From contig NW_027266275.1 in the NCBI RefSeq assembly GCF_022045235.1, positions 35,526,001 through 35,590,000 of the forward strand: DNA of 64,000 nt, written 5' to 3'. The translations under genes were made by a program, and so were the position numbers. Origin of the DNA: Haliotis cracherodii (taxonomy: Eukaryota). Of this stretch, positions 34,303 through 47,859 are shown piece by piece (position 1 is the stretch's first letter; each line of letters begins with the position of its first letter). The notes under the pieces were generated by a model. It had not been told where the DNA came from. It saw only the letters and a program-made list of their open reading frames with translations, and ran no database searches.

Positions 34303-37300
34303 CTGGAAGAGAAATGAAGATGAAAATATGGAATGATGAAGTGGCGTGGACTATATACCGGACTCCAGATAAAAACTAAACAACCCCAGATAACGTAGGT
34401 CATCGAGTGTTTCCTCACGTGGCCCTGTGCCTAGTGATTGTGTGGCGTAAGTAATGACAAAACCCCAGTCATAATCATAAGAAATCCGTTATACAATACC
34501 GACCATATCATGAGCATGTGTTTATGAATCACTATCAAATAGTGATCACACCAGGTTTTCGCGAATATGTAAGCGTATACTGTCCCATCGGTAGCAAACG
34601 TCACAAGCACATGCAAAGGCAAATCAATTGTTTACCGGCTAAAACACGGAAACATATGGTACGAGATAAAATAGGAAATTGAATCGGACATACGTTTTGT
34701 CACTGTTGCGTCAAATTTTGAACTGTCCTCCACTTGACTACCACAAAACGTTTTAAAAGCTTTCCTAAAGACCCTGAATGTTGTAACAATGATGGTGCCT
34801 TTTGAAGTCTTTGTTGAAAGAGCATGCCCAAACGTTGTGAAATCTGGACATCAAATTCTGATGCTGTAAAGGGAAGGTTGAATATTGGAAAGTTGAAGTC
34901 ATCCTTCTTGTCGGTCACCCCTCAGTTGTGAGACGGCTTATTCCGTTATTAGGTAAGAATGTGTGCAATAGTAATTGTCACCTGTCATGCTGTCTTATGG
35001 ATATTATACTGAATCTTTATGCCATGATCTAAATATGAAAAAGATGAGGCGGTTTCCTGGTCTCTTATGTTTCTAGCTCAGGTGGGTAAATAAGTGGAAG
35101 GGAATTGGCTATTTGATGGTTAATGAAGGTTTTCAGGTCATCGATATAACTGAAGCTTAAGGTCAACGTTTGGGACAAATTCCCTTGTTTAGATTTTGCC
35201 AATCCGCGCAGAAATCCCGATTCATGTGTATAATGACACGGATCAGCAAGGTGGGTATGCCGACTTCTTGCCTAGATATCCTGTCTCCAGCTTCTTCGCA
35301 GATGTTAGCTTTGAGAAAGTCCACCATTTCACGTATTGTTTCCTCAGTAAGCTTCGGATGACATATGCTTCCATATTTGACAACCTTTTACGACAGAGAT
35401 GTAATTATATCTATGGTCACCAAGTTTGTCGAGTGGTACTTCACATTCTATCAAATCACATAATATTGGCATGCAAACATATATTTACATGTAAAACTTG
35501 CAAATGAACTGACTGGTTGATATTTTTTAAGCAAGAACAGTTCCCACTACTGTGTAGATATATTTTCGCATTTAGTTAACGCGATGGCAACTGTAGCCTG
35601 ATGGTGTCGCCTTATGATGATGTGATATTGATATGTACACCTTACTGCCAACTATAATGTGCTATCTGTTGTATAGGTATGTAACATACACCTATAAATA
35701 TAAGATAACATGTTATGTAATATGTAACAACATCTACAGAATTGAATAAAAAAAGTTTTTAAAAAGTTGTCGAGTGAGGTTGTGGTGTACAAACAGAAAA
35801 ATCAATTATTTTGACATAATGAGCTATTTTCTGAGATTAAAAAACATTATGGTTAATCTTTGAGACATTAATTCGGTGGACCCAGCAACATGTCACTCCA
35901 AGAACCTTAGTTGATCTACCAATCTTTATTCATGACACGAAGCAGCTCAACGTAATATTTAACAGATAGTGCACACTGAACTGAATAAAAAAGTAGTTAT
36001 TATATCACGATTGCAAGATACTGTGTTCTTTTGTTGTTTAACGCCGCACTCAGCAACAACGACGACAATCTGTAAATAATGAAGTCTGGACCTGAGAAAC
36101 CAATGATTGATAGTGTGAGCAACGATCGGGATTCGATGAAATTCAATCAACCAAATCGCCGACTCTTGCAACAAACATGTTGCTAAGGGGCTATTCTAAT
36201 CTGAAATGCACATTGGACGCACGAACAAAGAACTTTGATACAAATCTAATCATATAATTTAAATTACTGAATTTTGTTTATGAATATGAGTATCAAGCAA
36301 GAAAGGAAAGCGTCAGTAGGAGAAATGTATATTGCTTATACGATGCCAGAAACATCCCGTTATCTCGAACTTCTTTAATCAAAGATTCCGTTTGTCTCGA
36401 ACAACGAATAATTCCATACATTTCCGAGTGAGTCAGTTGGGTTTAACGCCGCTTTGAGCAGTACTCCAGTTACATAACGGCGTGACAACTGAACGTGGCA
36501 GGAAAGCCAGATTTGATGCAGCTGGTCTCAGACGTTTACCGCTTTGGTGAAACCTACGAGCACAGGCATGGTGCTGACAAACCAAGAAACATAATCGGGG
36601 ATTCGAAGCCACAATCATAGGTTCCTGGCGCGCCTAAGAAACGCAACTCTGCACACCGAATTCCGGCGCCTCAGACGACTTGTCCACCTGTGTATACTAT
36701 TCCGATGGTATTAAGGGCTTTCTGTATAAACATATATTTGCATGCTAGCACTCATGATAATTCAGGCATGTTTAATTATTTTCTTTACATATAATTTATA
36801 ACATTGGGAATTATTGCTCTATTTCGAATGTACTATGGATATAACATTATATACATACTGCACCAGGTACAAGTCCCGCCTCTATCCCACCGATGCATCC
36901 CCTTTACATTATTGACATTATTTGAAGACAAAAATAAATAATGATAAAAAACATTTTCAAATGCTGTTTTACATATTTTAATTACAAGCTTACTTAACTT
37001 GTGATGTACGTGTCATGTGAGTGACAGCCAGCTTAGCAAAACACCTCCGCATTGTTCGATGAGCCCCTTTAACAAGTTTAAATGAAGAGAGGCTGTGTCG
37101 TTTGCATTTGTCATAAAGCAGCGACAGAGCGGAATAGGCTTATAATACCCTACAAGGAAACATTTGAATACACGTGTGAGATGTAATCTCCTCTTTAAAA
37201 TACGCATGGAGTCAAGCGGAATATAAACAAATACCATCGGCGTGAATTAACAAGGACAAGCTTAATAACAGCGACACTGACAAGAATGCCTGTGCAGATG

Positions 37301-39528
37301 GCTACAGACAATCATCTGAATCATAGATGTCGCTGAATCCTGGTAACGGTGTGGTGTTCAGAGATGCTACTTCCTTATGTAATGTCATTGGTCTGTACTA
37401 GATATATGGATATGTACCGGGATGTTTCATATGGACTACAGGATGTTTCAGAAACTAAGGGCTCAGTCAACATGTCCTGGTGCTTAACATAACGTGGTTG
37501 TGTAATATTGTATCTGCATGGTAAAAAAGTTTTCTTTCCCAGATTTGATCATAAGTGCGACAGTGCACATTTTGATGTTCGCATCAGGGCAAATAATGAC
37601 AAGAAGAAATGACACGTTTAGATCCAAATATGTTCAGGTATGTGTTTAAATCCTAAACGGAAAACACATTTGGTGACTTCACTCAAAACACGTTAAGGGT
37701 CTAAACACATGAAATGGGCTATCTTCTCACAGCCTAGTTAACACTAGGTAAACACCACCTAACACAACAACCCCAAAATCCAAACATGTTTAAATGAAGA
37801 GCATATCATTGGATATTAGGTCAAATATTGATAAGATATAAAATTGAAGTTCAAATTAAATTTACAAATAACGTATATACCTCTAGGCCTTACAATGAAC
37901 TTGTTACAATACTAACATAAAGTTGAACAATAAACACACAAAAAAGCTGAGTTAATGGTGACCAGGAAAATTGAAATCTATGACAACAACCTCCGTAGCA
38001 CGGTGACATAGGGTGCATGAGTACTAAATCAAGAGGTTAAAGTGTTTCATAAATGTATTGGAGCAATATGTTTAATATACTCAACCGCAAAAGAATGTTC
38101 TACATACAATGCGGATAACGTTAAGACCATAAAAGATATGTAGATAATATTAACAAATGCTAACAGCGAAACAATTGATAACGAATGGGTGTTGATTGTC
38201 TGATAGCCATCCGTGTTTACTGAAAAATCCCAGAAAAACAGAAAAATTAAACGTGTCAGTTGTGTCCATCAATAGCGTGTGTGGCCACCGACAGCTGCGA
38301 CACAGGCAACACATTGTCGTCTCATTCAGTCGACAGATCTTTGGAAGAAGGCTTGAGGAATCCCGTTCCATTCCCGAACCAAAAAGGCTTCCAGTTCCCG
38401 AAGTGTATGTGGCTGCATTGAAGCCTGAACACATCCCCCAATCTCGTCCTAGACATGCTCAATTGGCGCCATGTCCGGTGACAAAGACTCCATAGAGTCC
38501 ACAGAGACCCGTGCTGTATGGGGACAAGCTTTATCCTGCTGAAAGCAATCCCAGTTTGGGAGTTGTCTAATTTGCATTAGCCAATATGGCCACCAATTAT
38601 CAGATGAGATTCAATGTTTTGGTGAAAACAGCATGTGTTGTATTGCGAAATAGCCGTATTATGTTTCTAAAAAGATATTCACAACTGCAGAACGTTTTCG
38701 ACTATTGACAAATCTACAAAAATTCAAGATGGCAACCAATTTCAAGATGGCCGACAAGTTTCCTAAATATGTGTTTACACTGTTGAATTACTTGATAGGT
38801 CACGTTTACCAAGTTCTGTGATCAGACAAGTAATGTCGTGATGATTACATACGATGGTCAGTGGGAACAACTAAAACTTTTCACTTTGGACAGCCAGGCT
38901 TTGGATGACAGCTGGCTGGGACAGACTCCAATTCGGTTTCCTCTTTTTCAGTTTGTGCAGTCTACCAAGGAAAACAACACGCACTGACGTAACCCACTCT
39001 AAAAGACTTTCAACATGTTCCTCTTCTCTTTTTGCCCATGTTTTATGGCACGTGCTTCTATAACATCCATAATGGTGTAAATGTCGTGATCCCAACTTGT
39101 AGGAGGCAGCTAATGATATTTTGGTCTATATTTAGACAACTGACAAAGGTTGTCATTGTCAACTGTGATTATATGGTTTGTAGCAGTATGAAAAGTCTTG
39201 GAGTCTGGTCTGGCCAAACATTTCAATGCAATATCTAGAACTATACTCTCCAGTCGATACTGTGGCTCTTGCTGTTTGTAGACTGATCCATCAGCGAAAG
39301 TTTCTGGAGTCGTTTAGTTTCTTACAATGGCACATGAGGCTGTTACAGGTCCCACATTTCGACCCTAAACACGATAACCTCCTCATTATAGGACAAGAAA
39401 CATGTTTATGTTTGTCATGTATTTAGGATCAATACATACTTTCAGTGTGTAGAATTTAAATGTCATTGTGGAATATTAGCTGGAATAATTCTCACTGCAA
39501 CAATATTCACGCATATATGAATATGGTC

Positions 39529-39945
39529 CGGCAATGCTTTGTGTTCTCTCCCAGTCTTGTAATGACTTGATAACATATCTGTATGTGGCACGGCAATGCT
39601 TTGTGTTCTCTCCCAGTCTTGTAATGACTTGATAACATATCTGTATGTGGCACGGCAATGCTTTGTGTTCTCTCCCAGTCTTGTAATGACTTGATATCAT
39701 ATCTGTATGTGGTACGGCAATGCTTTTGTGTTCTGTTCCAGTCTTGTAATGACTTGATAACATATCTGTATGTGGTACGGCAATGCTTTTGTGTTCTCTT
39801 CCGGTCTTGTATGACTTGATAACATATCTGTATGTGGCACGGCAATGCCTTGTGTTCTGTTCCAGTCTTGTAGTGACATGATAACATATCTGTATGTGGT
39901 ACGGCAATGTAAAGTATTCTCCTAAAGTCTTGTGATGACTTAATA
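39529..39945. repeat. 62-bp minisatellite (~6.5 units), intergenic
   Basis: cggcaatgctttgtgttctctcccagtcttgtaatgacttgataacatatctgtatgtggca. Confidence 0.93.
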
Positions 39946-40989
39946 CCATTTCCTTTAAATGCTATATATGCTATATGTAAACATTAACATGTATTGATAT
40001 GACAAATCGTGGCTCAATAGTTTTCTCCTGACTCAGAACGTGAGATCGACAGTAAACTTTGTTTTGACCCGGGTTAGAATTGGTGTTGAGCAACCCATAC
40101 TTGTAGTACGGGATCGGGTGGTCAGTATATCTGTCTTGGTTGGTGCATGTCATCGGATCCCGTATGTAGTATGTAGGTCGATGCTCATGATGTCAATGAC
40201 TGGATCATCTGGTCCAGACTATTTACAAACTGTCGTCATAGAACTGGAATATTGCTGCGTGCAGCGTTAAACAACAAATAAACAAACGAAATAAACAAAC
40301 AAGAACAAATGTACTTTCAAAGCAGCAGTACACTAGCACTAAGCAACCCCATCATCCCGAAAAAAATCAATTTGCGTTTTCCTTTTGCTAAACATGCATG
40401 GTAGCTTAGTTCCAAGTAACAAATCACGCCCACAGATAACCTCTGTATATGACTGCTACGCAATATGTTCTGTTCACACTAACTCATATTTTTACAATGG
40501 TCCAACAAAGTATTCTTTCATTGAGATGGATAATTCAAACCACTGAGTGTTCAAGAAATTCTTCCTCCTTCAAAACACACAAGTGTCATCATGGCCACTC
40601 ATATTATGTAAAACAATTCTAATTCCGATGGAAGTGTGTACAAATATATAAACCATCACACTGTTCTACTGACGACTGATGTTCTTGCACTATCTGTCAG
40701 CCAAAATATGTTTCCGAATACTCTTTCTCTGGCATGATGACCGTTGACCAAAGCCCACCCTCAAGGTATTTTTTGGGAGAGCCATAGACTTGGCGAACAC
40801 CTACCTTACTGTGAAGACCATCAACAATAAAGGTTTTCAGTGTGCAATCTGTCAACAATTGAAAGGCTGTTTAGACTTGCGTTGCGTACTGTTATGGTTT
40901 CCAGCGTCTAAGACTGCGTCATAGATTATCTCCCAAAGATAAGAACTGGTGGTGCAGCCTCGGCAGTTATCTAATGAAATTGTTATGCT

Positions 40990-41640
40990 TTTATAAGTAA
41001 CATTGGTGTCCGCCAAGGGAGTTTATCAAGCCCCTTTCTATTATCCTTTTTCACAAATGAATTAGCGTATTAATTCAAAAATAATTGCACTAATGGTATA
41101 CGAATAGATTCTGAACTATTAAATTATGTTTGCTTCTTTTTGATGATGATATTGTCATGTTCTCGAGCGCAATACCTGGCTTGCAAAAGGAAATAAATAT
41201 ATTAGAAAGTTATTGTGGGTGGAACGTACTGTAAATATAGATAAAACAAAAGTTGTAGTTTTTAAAAATGGTGGTAACTGATCTAGAAAAGAAACATTGC
41301 TCTAAAGAGGGAAACCTGCAGTTGTGTAGTAAGTGAGTGAGTGAGTGTTTTTTTAAATATTCCAGCAATATCACGGCGGTAAACATCGGAAATCGGCTTC
41401 ACACATTGTACCCATATCGGGAATCAAACGCTTTAACCAATAGCCTACCCGACCGCCCCACTTAGGCGTATGTTTTACAAGTAGATTAACTAGGTCAAAG
41501 AATGCACATAAAATTTCATTAAAGCCAAAATATACTTTGTAGGTATATAAAAAACTCTTAGAGTTTTGGACAATATTACATATGATGTTTCCCATTTGGC
41601 CCATGGGGGCTAGAACATTTGGATGTTATTGAAAAGGTAA
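40990..41640 (+). mobile_element. Decayed LINE reverse-transcriptase fragment
   Basis: GVRQG..SP, DDIVMFS..GLQ, VNIDKTKVVVFKNGG remnants. Confidence 0.6.
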
Positions 41641-43879
41641 ATTTATATGCATTTATTTAGAGGTTTATTAAATACAGGGTAAGTTGCTAACATCTGCGCC
41701 CGTCTACAAGAAAGCTTAGAAATGTTATAATGTGATGGTTCTCTACGACAGCTATGGGAAAAGTTTTTTTTGGTAAAACTTGAAAGGACAATATTTTTTC
41801 CAGAACATTTTCGGAACCGATGATTTTTTAACCTCACACCAAACCCATCATGTTATCGAAAACTTGCTGTTCCTATTATATTACTTATAGGCTGGCGTAC
41901 TGAAATATATGATAGTGAATTTCTCGGTTTGAACATACTCGTGGGTTTCATCAAAGTGGAAAACGTCTGAGACCTGCATCCCTTCAGGCCTTCCTCTCGC
42001 ATCAAGCTGACACGCCGAGGTATAACTGGAATACTGTTCAGAGCTGCGTTAAACCTAACTAACTCATGCTATTCAGCCTACTTGTGGCCTGATTCGATCG
42101 ATCTTAGTGCTACATATACACTTCAGCTAAGACTTACGATCATCGTTGCTCTAAGATTGGTCTAACTATAATGCTGATGACTTCGGTTTAATACAACATC
42201 CATTCACCAATTACCATATACCAGGTGATGCAATTCGGCGTGCGTTACTTATTTATTTATCTGATGAGTGTGGGTTCGAATCCCTGATTCGCTCTGATTA
42301 TGGTTTGTCGGCACCACACTTTTGATTGTGGGTTGCACCCAAGTGGTAACATTGTTAGACCCCCATCACTTCTTGCTTTCCTCCCACATAAAGCCGACAC
42401 GAGATAACATAATTGTCCAGAGCGGCGTTACAACCCAACTCATTCATTCACTCACTCACGCTCTTGGATTTCACCAAAGTGACCTGAGGTATTCAACACT
42501 AAACACTAAATATTATCCCTACAAAAACACTAAAAATACCCCTATTCAAACACTTAAAATTACCCCTATAAAAACAAATGAAATGATGAATTAGAATGGT
42601 AAGCTATAAACAAAATTCTATTCAGAGCTTTGCAAAATTCGGACTATAGATGTTTTAATATTTTATCCTACATTGAAACCTGCAAACTAAATCAGTACTT
42701 TTTAAGATTGGATGTGAAGACAGTGATATGTGCTCTTTTTGTAACTCGGAGATTTTACGCCGTACTCATTCCTTTTATAAATGCAAGAAGATACTCTATA
42801 CATGGGAACAGGTGTTCAATTGATAGAAATATAAACAGGAATATGTATTGTAATTTACACTAACGAAATGTTGTTTTGATATTCCGAAAAAAACCCGAAA
42901 TGAACATCTTAATCTTCTAATTACAGTTGTCAAACATAATCATTTCATTATAAGCACATTTACAGATAGTTCTGGATTTGAATTGTTACAAAGGGAAATT
43001 ATTAATGCGTATGACGTTGGTAAATTAATGCTTTTACTTTCTGTAAAAACACCACCTTCATGAAGTTCTGGTCTTTACCTCATCTTCTATTCCAATAACG
43101 GTACTCCATTTTTTTTGTCCGTGATTCAAAGGTAAATGTTAGCCTCTTCCTTTGTAACCAGTGAAAGTGACCACTGCATAAATAATCTCATCTCTAGAAA
43201 TGTACAAAGTCTTACAAAGTCTATGCATTTTGTAACTATTTTTGTAACATTTTGTCTCTTTCATCCCATTTGCATAAGCATGTTCCATGCTGTTTAATTT
43301 GTACATCACAATTAGTGTTCTTGGCTAAGTTTAACTTTCGCCCAAATGCAACTTACACGGGATTATGTTCAAACTAGGGTGCACCGGCGCAGTTCGCTCT
43401 TGTGTATTTAAGAGATCCATGTCATATCTGGTAAAAAGAAGTGTAGAGTGTTAAAAATGAAGAAACTTTGTCTACGTCCACCCGGCTCGACAGTGGGACG
43501 GAGCGAGACCGAAGGACGCCAAAACCATTGGAGATTCAGGCAAGAGTTACTTCACTTCGCAAATTCCCGGAAACGTAAACTTGCATTTGACACCAATCTG
43601 GTGACAGCCGAAATGAAAACAATTCAGGATCTGGAAGAGGAGAAGAGAAATATAAGTGACCAAGTCATGTTGATGAGAAACAAGTCAGACAAAGTGAAAC
43701 TGACAGATCCTTGACACCATAAGGAAACCACTCAGATGGCGAGAGAACGACAGCATACCTTACTTGGTAACTTGCATTCTACATCAGAATCGTCAACGGA
43801 ATTGTCGGACACTGAAGAGTGTTCTAGAAAAGAGGAGAACACAAGAACCCATTGGACAAGTTGAGCATCCAATATGCAG

Positions 43880-44272
43880 TCAGTCAGCGTAACATTGCTG
43901 TACTGCCATGGCCGATGGTTCTCCAGACCTCTCCCCCATAGAACATGTCTGGGATGAGATATGATGACCAGGACCAGAACCATCCAGTAACGTCAGCTCA
44001 GTTGGACCAATCTTGACATATGGAACAACTTCCCCCAGGTACTTCAATGCGCCGCCGCTGCAACGCCTGTATCCACGCAAATTGTGGTCACCCCCTGTAT
44101 TGATATTGTTTTTTGAGTTATTACACGACCCTTCTTCTAGGGCGTGTCGCTGTCTCCTGTTACCAGGAATGGATTTTGTTGATGAATTTGTTTTGATCAG
44201 ACGACTGACCAAATTATGTCGTTATTTTATTTTCGTTAACATTTACACCACAGGTTTTTTTTTGCGCTAGTA
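43880..44272 (+). mobile_element. Tc1/mariner 3' fragment
   Basis: LPWP..SPDLSPIEHVWDE remnant and TIR-like end ttttgcgctagtata. Confidence 0.7.
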
Positions 44273-44705
44273 TAAATAAACATAACTATTAAAAGAATAT
44301 CAATTGTTAGGTAGGGGCTACACGTATTCAGCTGGGGCCAAGACACGTGTTGGCGTCCAATATCCATTTCAAACCGTCCTTTCCTCACCCATGTATCCAA
44401 GCACCCTGTTTTCAGGACCTGTATAAACACATAAACATGGCTCAAAGTGTGACAGCTAGTACGCCTCTTGTACGTTCTCCGTCACAGATGGCAGCAGTAG
44501 TAGTGGTTATACCGAAGCTGATTCTAAACCCCGAAAAGCGGCAGTACACTGCAGGCCATGTCTTCGGGTCCTATCAACTACAGACTGTAGCTATACCGGA
44601 AAGAAAGTTAGAGAAGCTTTCCATTTGCATCACATCTCTCGTAGTCCCTAACAGTAGGTCTGTGTATGTTCGTGATGTATCGTCACTTGTTGGTCAAATT
44701 ATGCC

Positions 44706-45706
44706 ATGAAACCAGTTATTGGTTCAATTAGTCAACTAATGACGAGGTCACTCAGTATACATGTAGATTGTCTGACGGCTAACTCGTGGAATGACTGGAT
44801 TGTTTTGTCAGCTCAAAGTAAGGAACAGTTAGTGTTCTGGCGGGACAATATTCCACATTTCAAGTCCAGATCGTTGTGTTCAGACAGTTCCCCTACAAGG
44901 GTTGTTTATAGCGATGCAAGTGGTGTAGGTTACGGTGGCTACTGTGTTCAGTTTGGTGGAAGGTTGTCACATGGTCAGTGGTCTGAAAGCGAAATGAATC
45001 AAAGTTCAACATGGCGGGAGTTGAAGGTGTATCTATGGTACTGACAAGTTTTCTGTCTTTTCTTGGTTCTCACTCAGTCAAGTGGTTTTCGGATTATACC
45101 AATGTATGTGCTATTATTAAGGGTTGCATGATGAAGACCCATTTACAAAATCTTGCATTGATTATCTGGCAGTTGTGTTTGAGATCCCGTATACGTTTGG
45201 AAGTAGACTGGATTCCCGAGAACAAAGATTGTCTGAGCAAGCTCACTGATAGAGATGACTGGGCAGTTGCAGACTACTTTTTTCATGTACTCGATGAAAC
45301 ATGGGGACCACATTCAATAAATCGTTTTGCTTCTTACTACAACAATAAGATCAATCGTTTCGATTCTAGGTACTGGAACCCTAATTCTGAGAATGTGGAT
45401 ACTTTTACTTCAGATTGGAGTAATGAGGGGAATTGGATAGTACCACCAGTGTATCTGGTCTCTCGTGTGTTGTGCCATATGCGCAAATACAGAGCAAAGG
45501 GTACGTTGGTTGTACCTCAGTGGTACTCGGCAAGTTTCTGGCCTTTGCTATGCAAACAAGGTACATTTTTCAAAGAAGTAAGAGACTTTGTTTATTTGCT
45601 GTCTTGCAAAGAAGCTTTTGTTCCCAGTCGTATTGGGGGAGGTTTATTTGGTGAACCAGATTTAAAATTTTCAATGTTAGCGTTGAAAATCGATTTCAGT
45701 TATTGA
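44706..45706 (+). pseudogene. RNase H + adenine-methyltransferase-like part of a DIRS-type pol, frameshifted near 45030
   Basis: ORFs 44706-45044 and 45011-45706 carry consecutive motifs in different frames. Confidence 0.78.
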
Positions 45707-45726
45707 AATGCTTTCTTCTGTTTCAG

Positions 45727-46715
45727 ATGTGTTATACAGTGTATATAATGATGTTATATCTACTCTCCCAGAAAGTTTAAAACCGAACGTACAAGGTTTG
45801 AGCATATTATTAAATGAGGCTAGATCAGCCACTACAGTGCGATCATTCAACTTTTGATTCAAGAGATTTTCTGTTTGGGCAGATTCTCATGGTTTGCCGT
45901 CTTTATTGCCAATTGCTCCTATGCACTGCGCACTTTATTTGTTATCTTTAATACAAAGTTGTGAAAGTATTTCTCCTGTCAGAACAGCTTTTTACAGCAT
46001 TCGATATGCTCATGTTCTTGTTGGGTTATGCAGTCCCACAGATAATACACTGGTACGAAGTGTATTGGAGGCTGGTAAGCGGAGATTAGCTAAACCAGTA
46101 AACAAAAAGGAACCGATAACTATATCGCAACTTAGTTGTATGTTATCGTCTCTAGAATGTGAGAAATGTTTAAAAGACAGCAGAGTTGCTGCAATGATTT
46201 TAGTTGCTTTTGCAGGTTTTCTTCTATCAGTTGAATTGTTGTACATTGCACGTTCAGATATCATGTTTTGTGAACATTATATGTCTATGTTTATTGAACA
46301 ATCCAGGACGGACGTGTACCGAGAGGGTGCATGGGTAGTCATAGGTGTATGTCATGTTATGCACTTACAACGTAATTTAACGATGGCAGGGATTGCCGAG
46401 GATTCTGAGGAATATGTGTTCAGAGCACTAAGTCCTGTTAATGGTAAATATGTTCTGAGGAAAGAAAACAAGCCACTGACTTATACAAGACTCCGTGAAA
46501 TATTTCGTGTAACTTTGTCACCTTTTGTCATTGATGTGTCAAGATATGGCCTCCACAGTTTGAGGTCAGGAGGTGCTTCAGCGGAAGCAAACAATGGTGT
46601 ACCTGACCATCTTTTTAAGAGACACGGGAGCTGGAAGAGCAAGAATGCCAAAGATGGGTATATCAGAGACAGTGTTAAAGCCAGATTAAGTGAGTCCAAA
46701 TCATTGGGTTTGTAA
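45727..46715 (+). pseudogene. Tyrosine recombinase of the DIRS-type element (inactivated)
   Basis: HSLR, HGSW and DGY present. The first catalytic Arg position reads FAGFLLS (FLR expected) and there is an in-frame TGA at 45855-45857. Confidence 0.82.
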
Positions 46716-47671
46716 TATAGGTTGTTTTCCTGTAATCCCTTTCTTTGTTTCTCATGCTTCGGCGTGAGCCAGGGGGGAAGCCACGTTGTGTGTTTGTTGT
46801 TTATATCTGGCTTGACGAGGTTTTGGAAGAGAAATGAAATTTCATTCGGTTGAACAGAGTGAATTAGACTGAAATCTCTCCTTTGGTCGCCGTCACAGTG
46901 CGGTCTGTTTATTTTATGTTTGTCCTGTGCGTTATGGTTATGAACATTTTCTGTTGTCAGGTGTTGGCAGTCTTGCTGCAAGAAAGATGGCGTCACAGTG
47001 ACGAGGATGGTTCTGAACCACAAAGCAAGGATGGTACCTGGTACATGCATGTATCTTACAGTAAGATGTTACAAGGTCGGGGACTGACGTGGGTTCTGGG
47101 ATCATATGGATCAAGGCTAGTGACGCTACTGGTGTTTGTAAAAGGAAATTTCAATGCAGAGTAAATGCCTCGGCGTGTGCCACAGGGGAAGCCACATTGT
47201 GTGTTTGTTGTTTATATCTGGCTGGACGAGGTTTTGGAAGAGAAGCTTGGTATCACGATTCGATGAACAAGCAAATGAGGTCACCTAGCTAACAACTCGT
47301 ATACGTTTTAATGATTTAATTATAATACGGAAACACACTCGTCTAATTATATGTGTTTACAATATTTGTCTTACCACCGTATTCTGCAACACAAAATATC
47401 CTTTGTTGTTGCAAGAACTGTTAAATTACCCAAATGAACGTTAGGACGGTGGATAGCATTTGCTCCTAATGTGGAAGGCCCGGGTTCGTTCCCCACATGG
47501 GTAAAATATGTAAAGCTAATATCTAGTGTCTCCCGCCGTGGCATTGCTGGAATATTGCTATGAGGGGCGTAAAACTTTACTCAATCATTCACCCCAAAGA
47601 CGTAGACAATACAACACAACACGCAATGTGCCGCTGGTTTATTTGTACACAGACGGGTGTTCTTGATGACG

Positions 47672-47859
47672 TCAACATCCGGGCACTCTGTAGGCATAGT
47701 CGCAGGCTTGGACGCGCTCGTTGAACACCTCGTATTCGGGGCAGGTCCTCTCGAAGCCAAGGTGCATGAAGCATTCGTAGTACTTCGAACAACTGTAGGG
47801 GTCACGGTATAGGCCGTTGCCACGACGTTCACAGAAGTCGCCAATGGTTTTCTCTGCAG
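47672..47859 (-). CDS. Chitinase B exon 11 (CBM14 #2, stop TGA)
   Basis: FCERRGNGLYRDPYSCSKYYEC..TCPEYEVFN..ACDY..GC*. Confidence 0.93.

Larger units (their letters stand above)
44273..47244 (+). mobile_element. Degenerate, 5'-truncated DIRS/Ngaro(PAT)-like tyrosine-recombinase retrotransposon
   Basis: RT C-terminal remnant; RNase H (YSDASGVGYGG..HGQWS..SSTWREL); MTase-like domain (WGPHSINRFAS..NWIVPP..LVVPQW); YR (HSLRSGG..KRHGSW..DGY); ~80-bp direct repeats at 46754-46833 and 47165-47244. The 5' boundary is approximate. Confidence 0.85.

Noticed and set aside
34700-34918. DKKDDFNFPIFNLPF peptide resembling a Penelope-like RT C-terminus
   Set aside because: Only a short degenerate motif; too little to define an element.
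43448-43870. ORF possibly representing gag of the DIRS-type element
   Set aside because: No recognisable motif, no A1 terminal repeat upstream, and it is separated from pol by a Tc1 fragment; cannot be assigned.
45894-46715. Phage integrase, prophage or bacterial contamination
   Set aside because: Adjacent RNase H and MTase-like domains and split direct repeats identify a eukaryotic DIRS-type retroelement.
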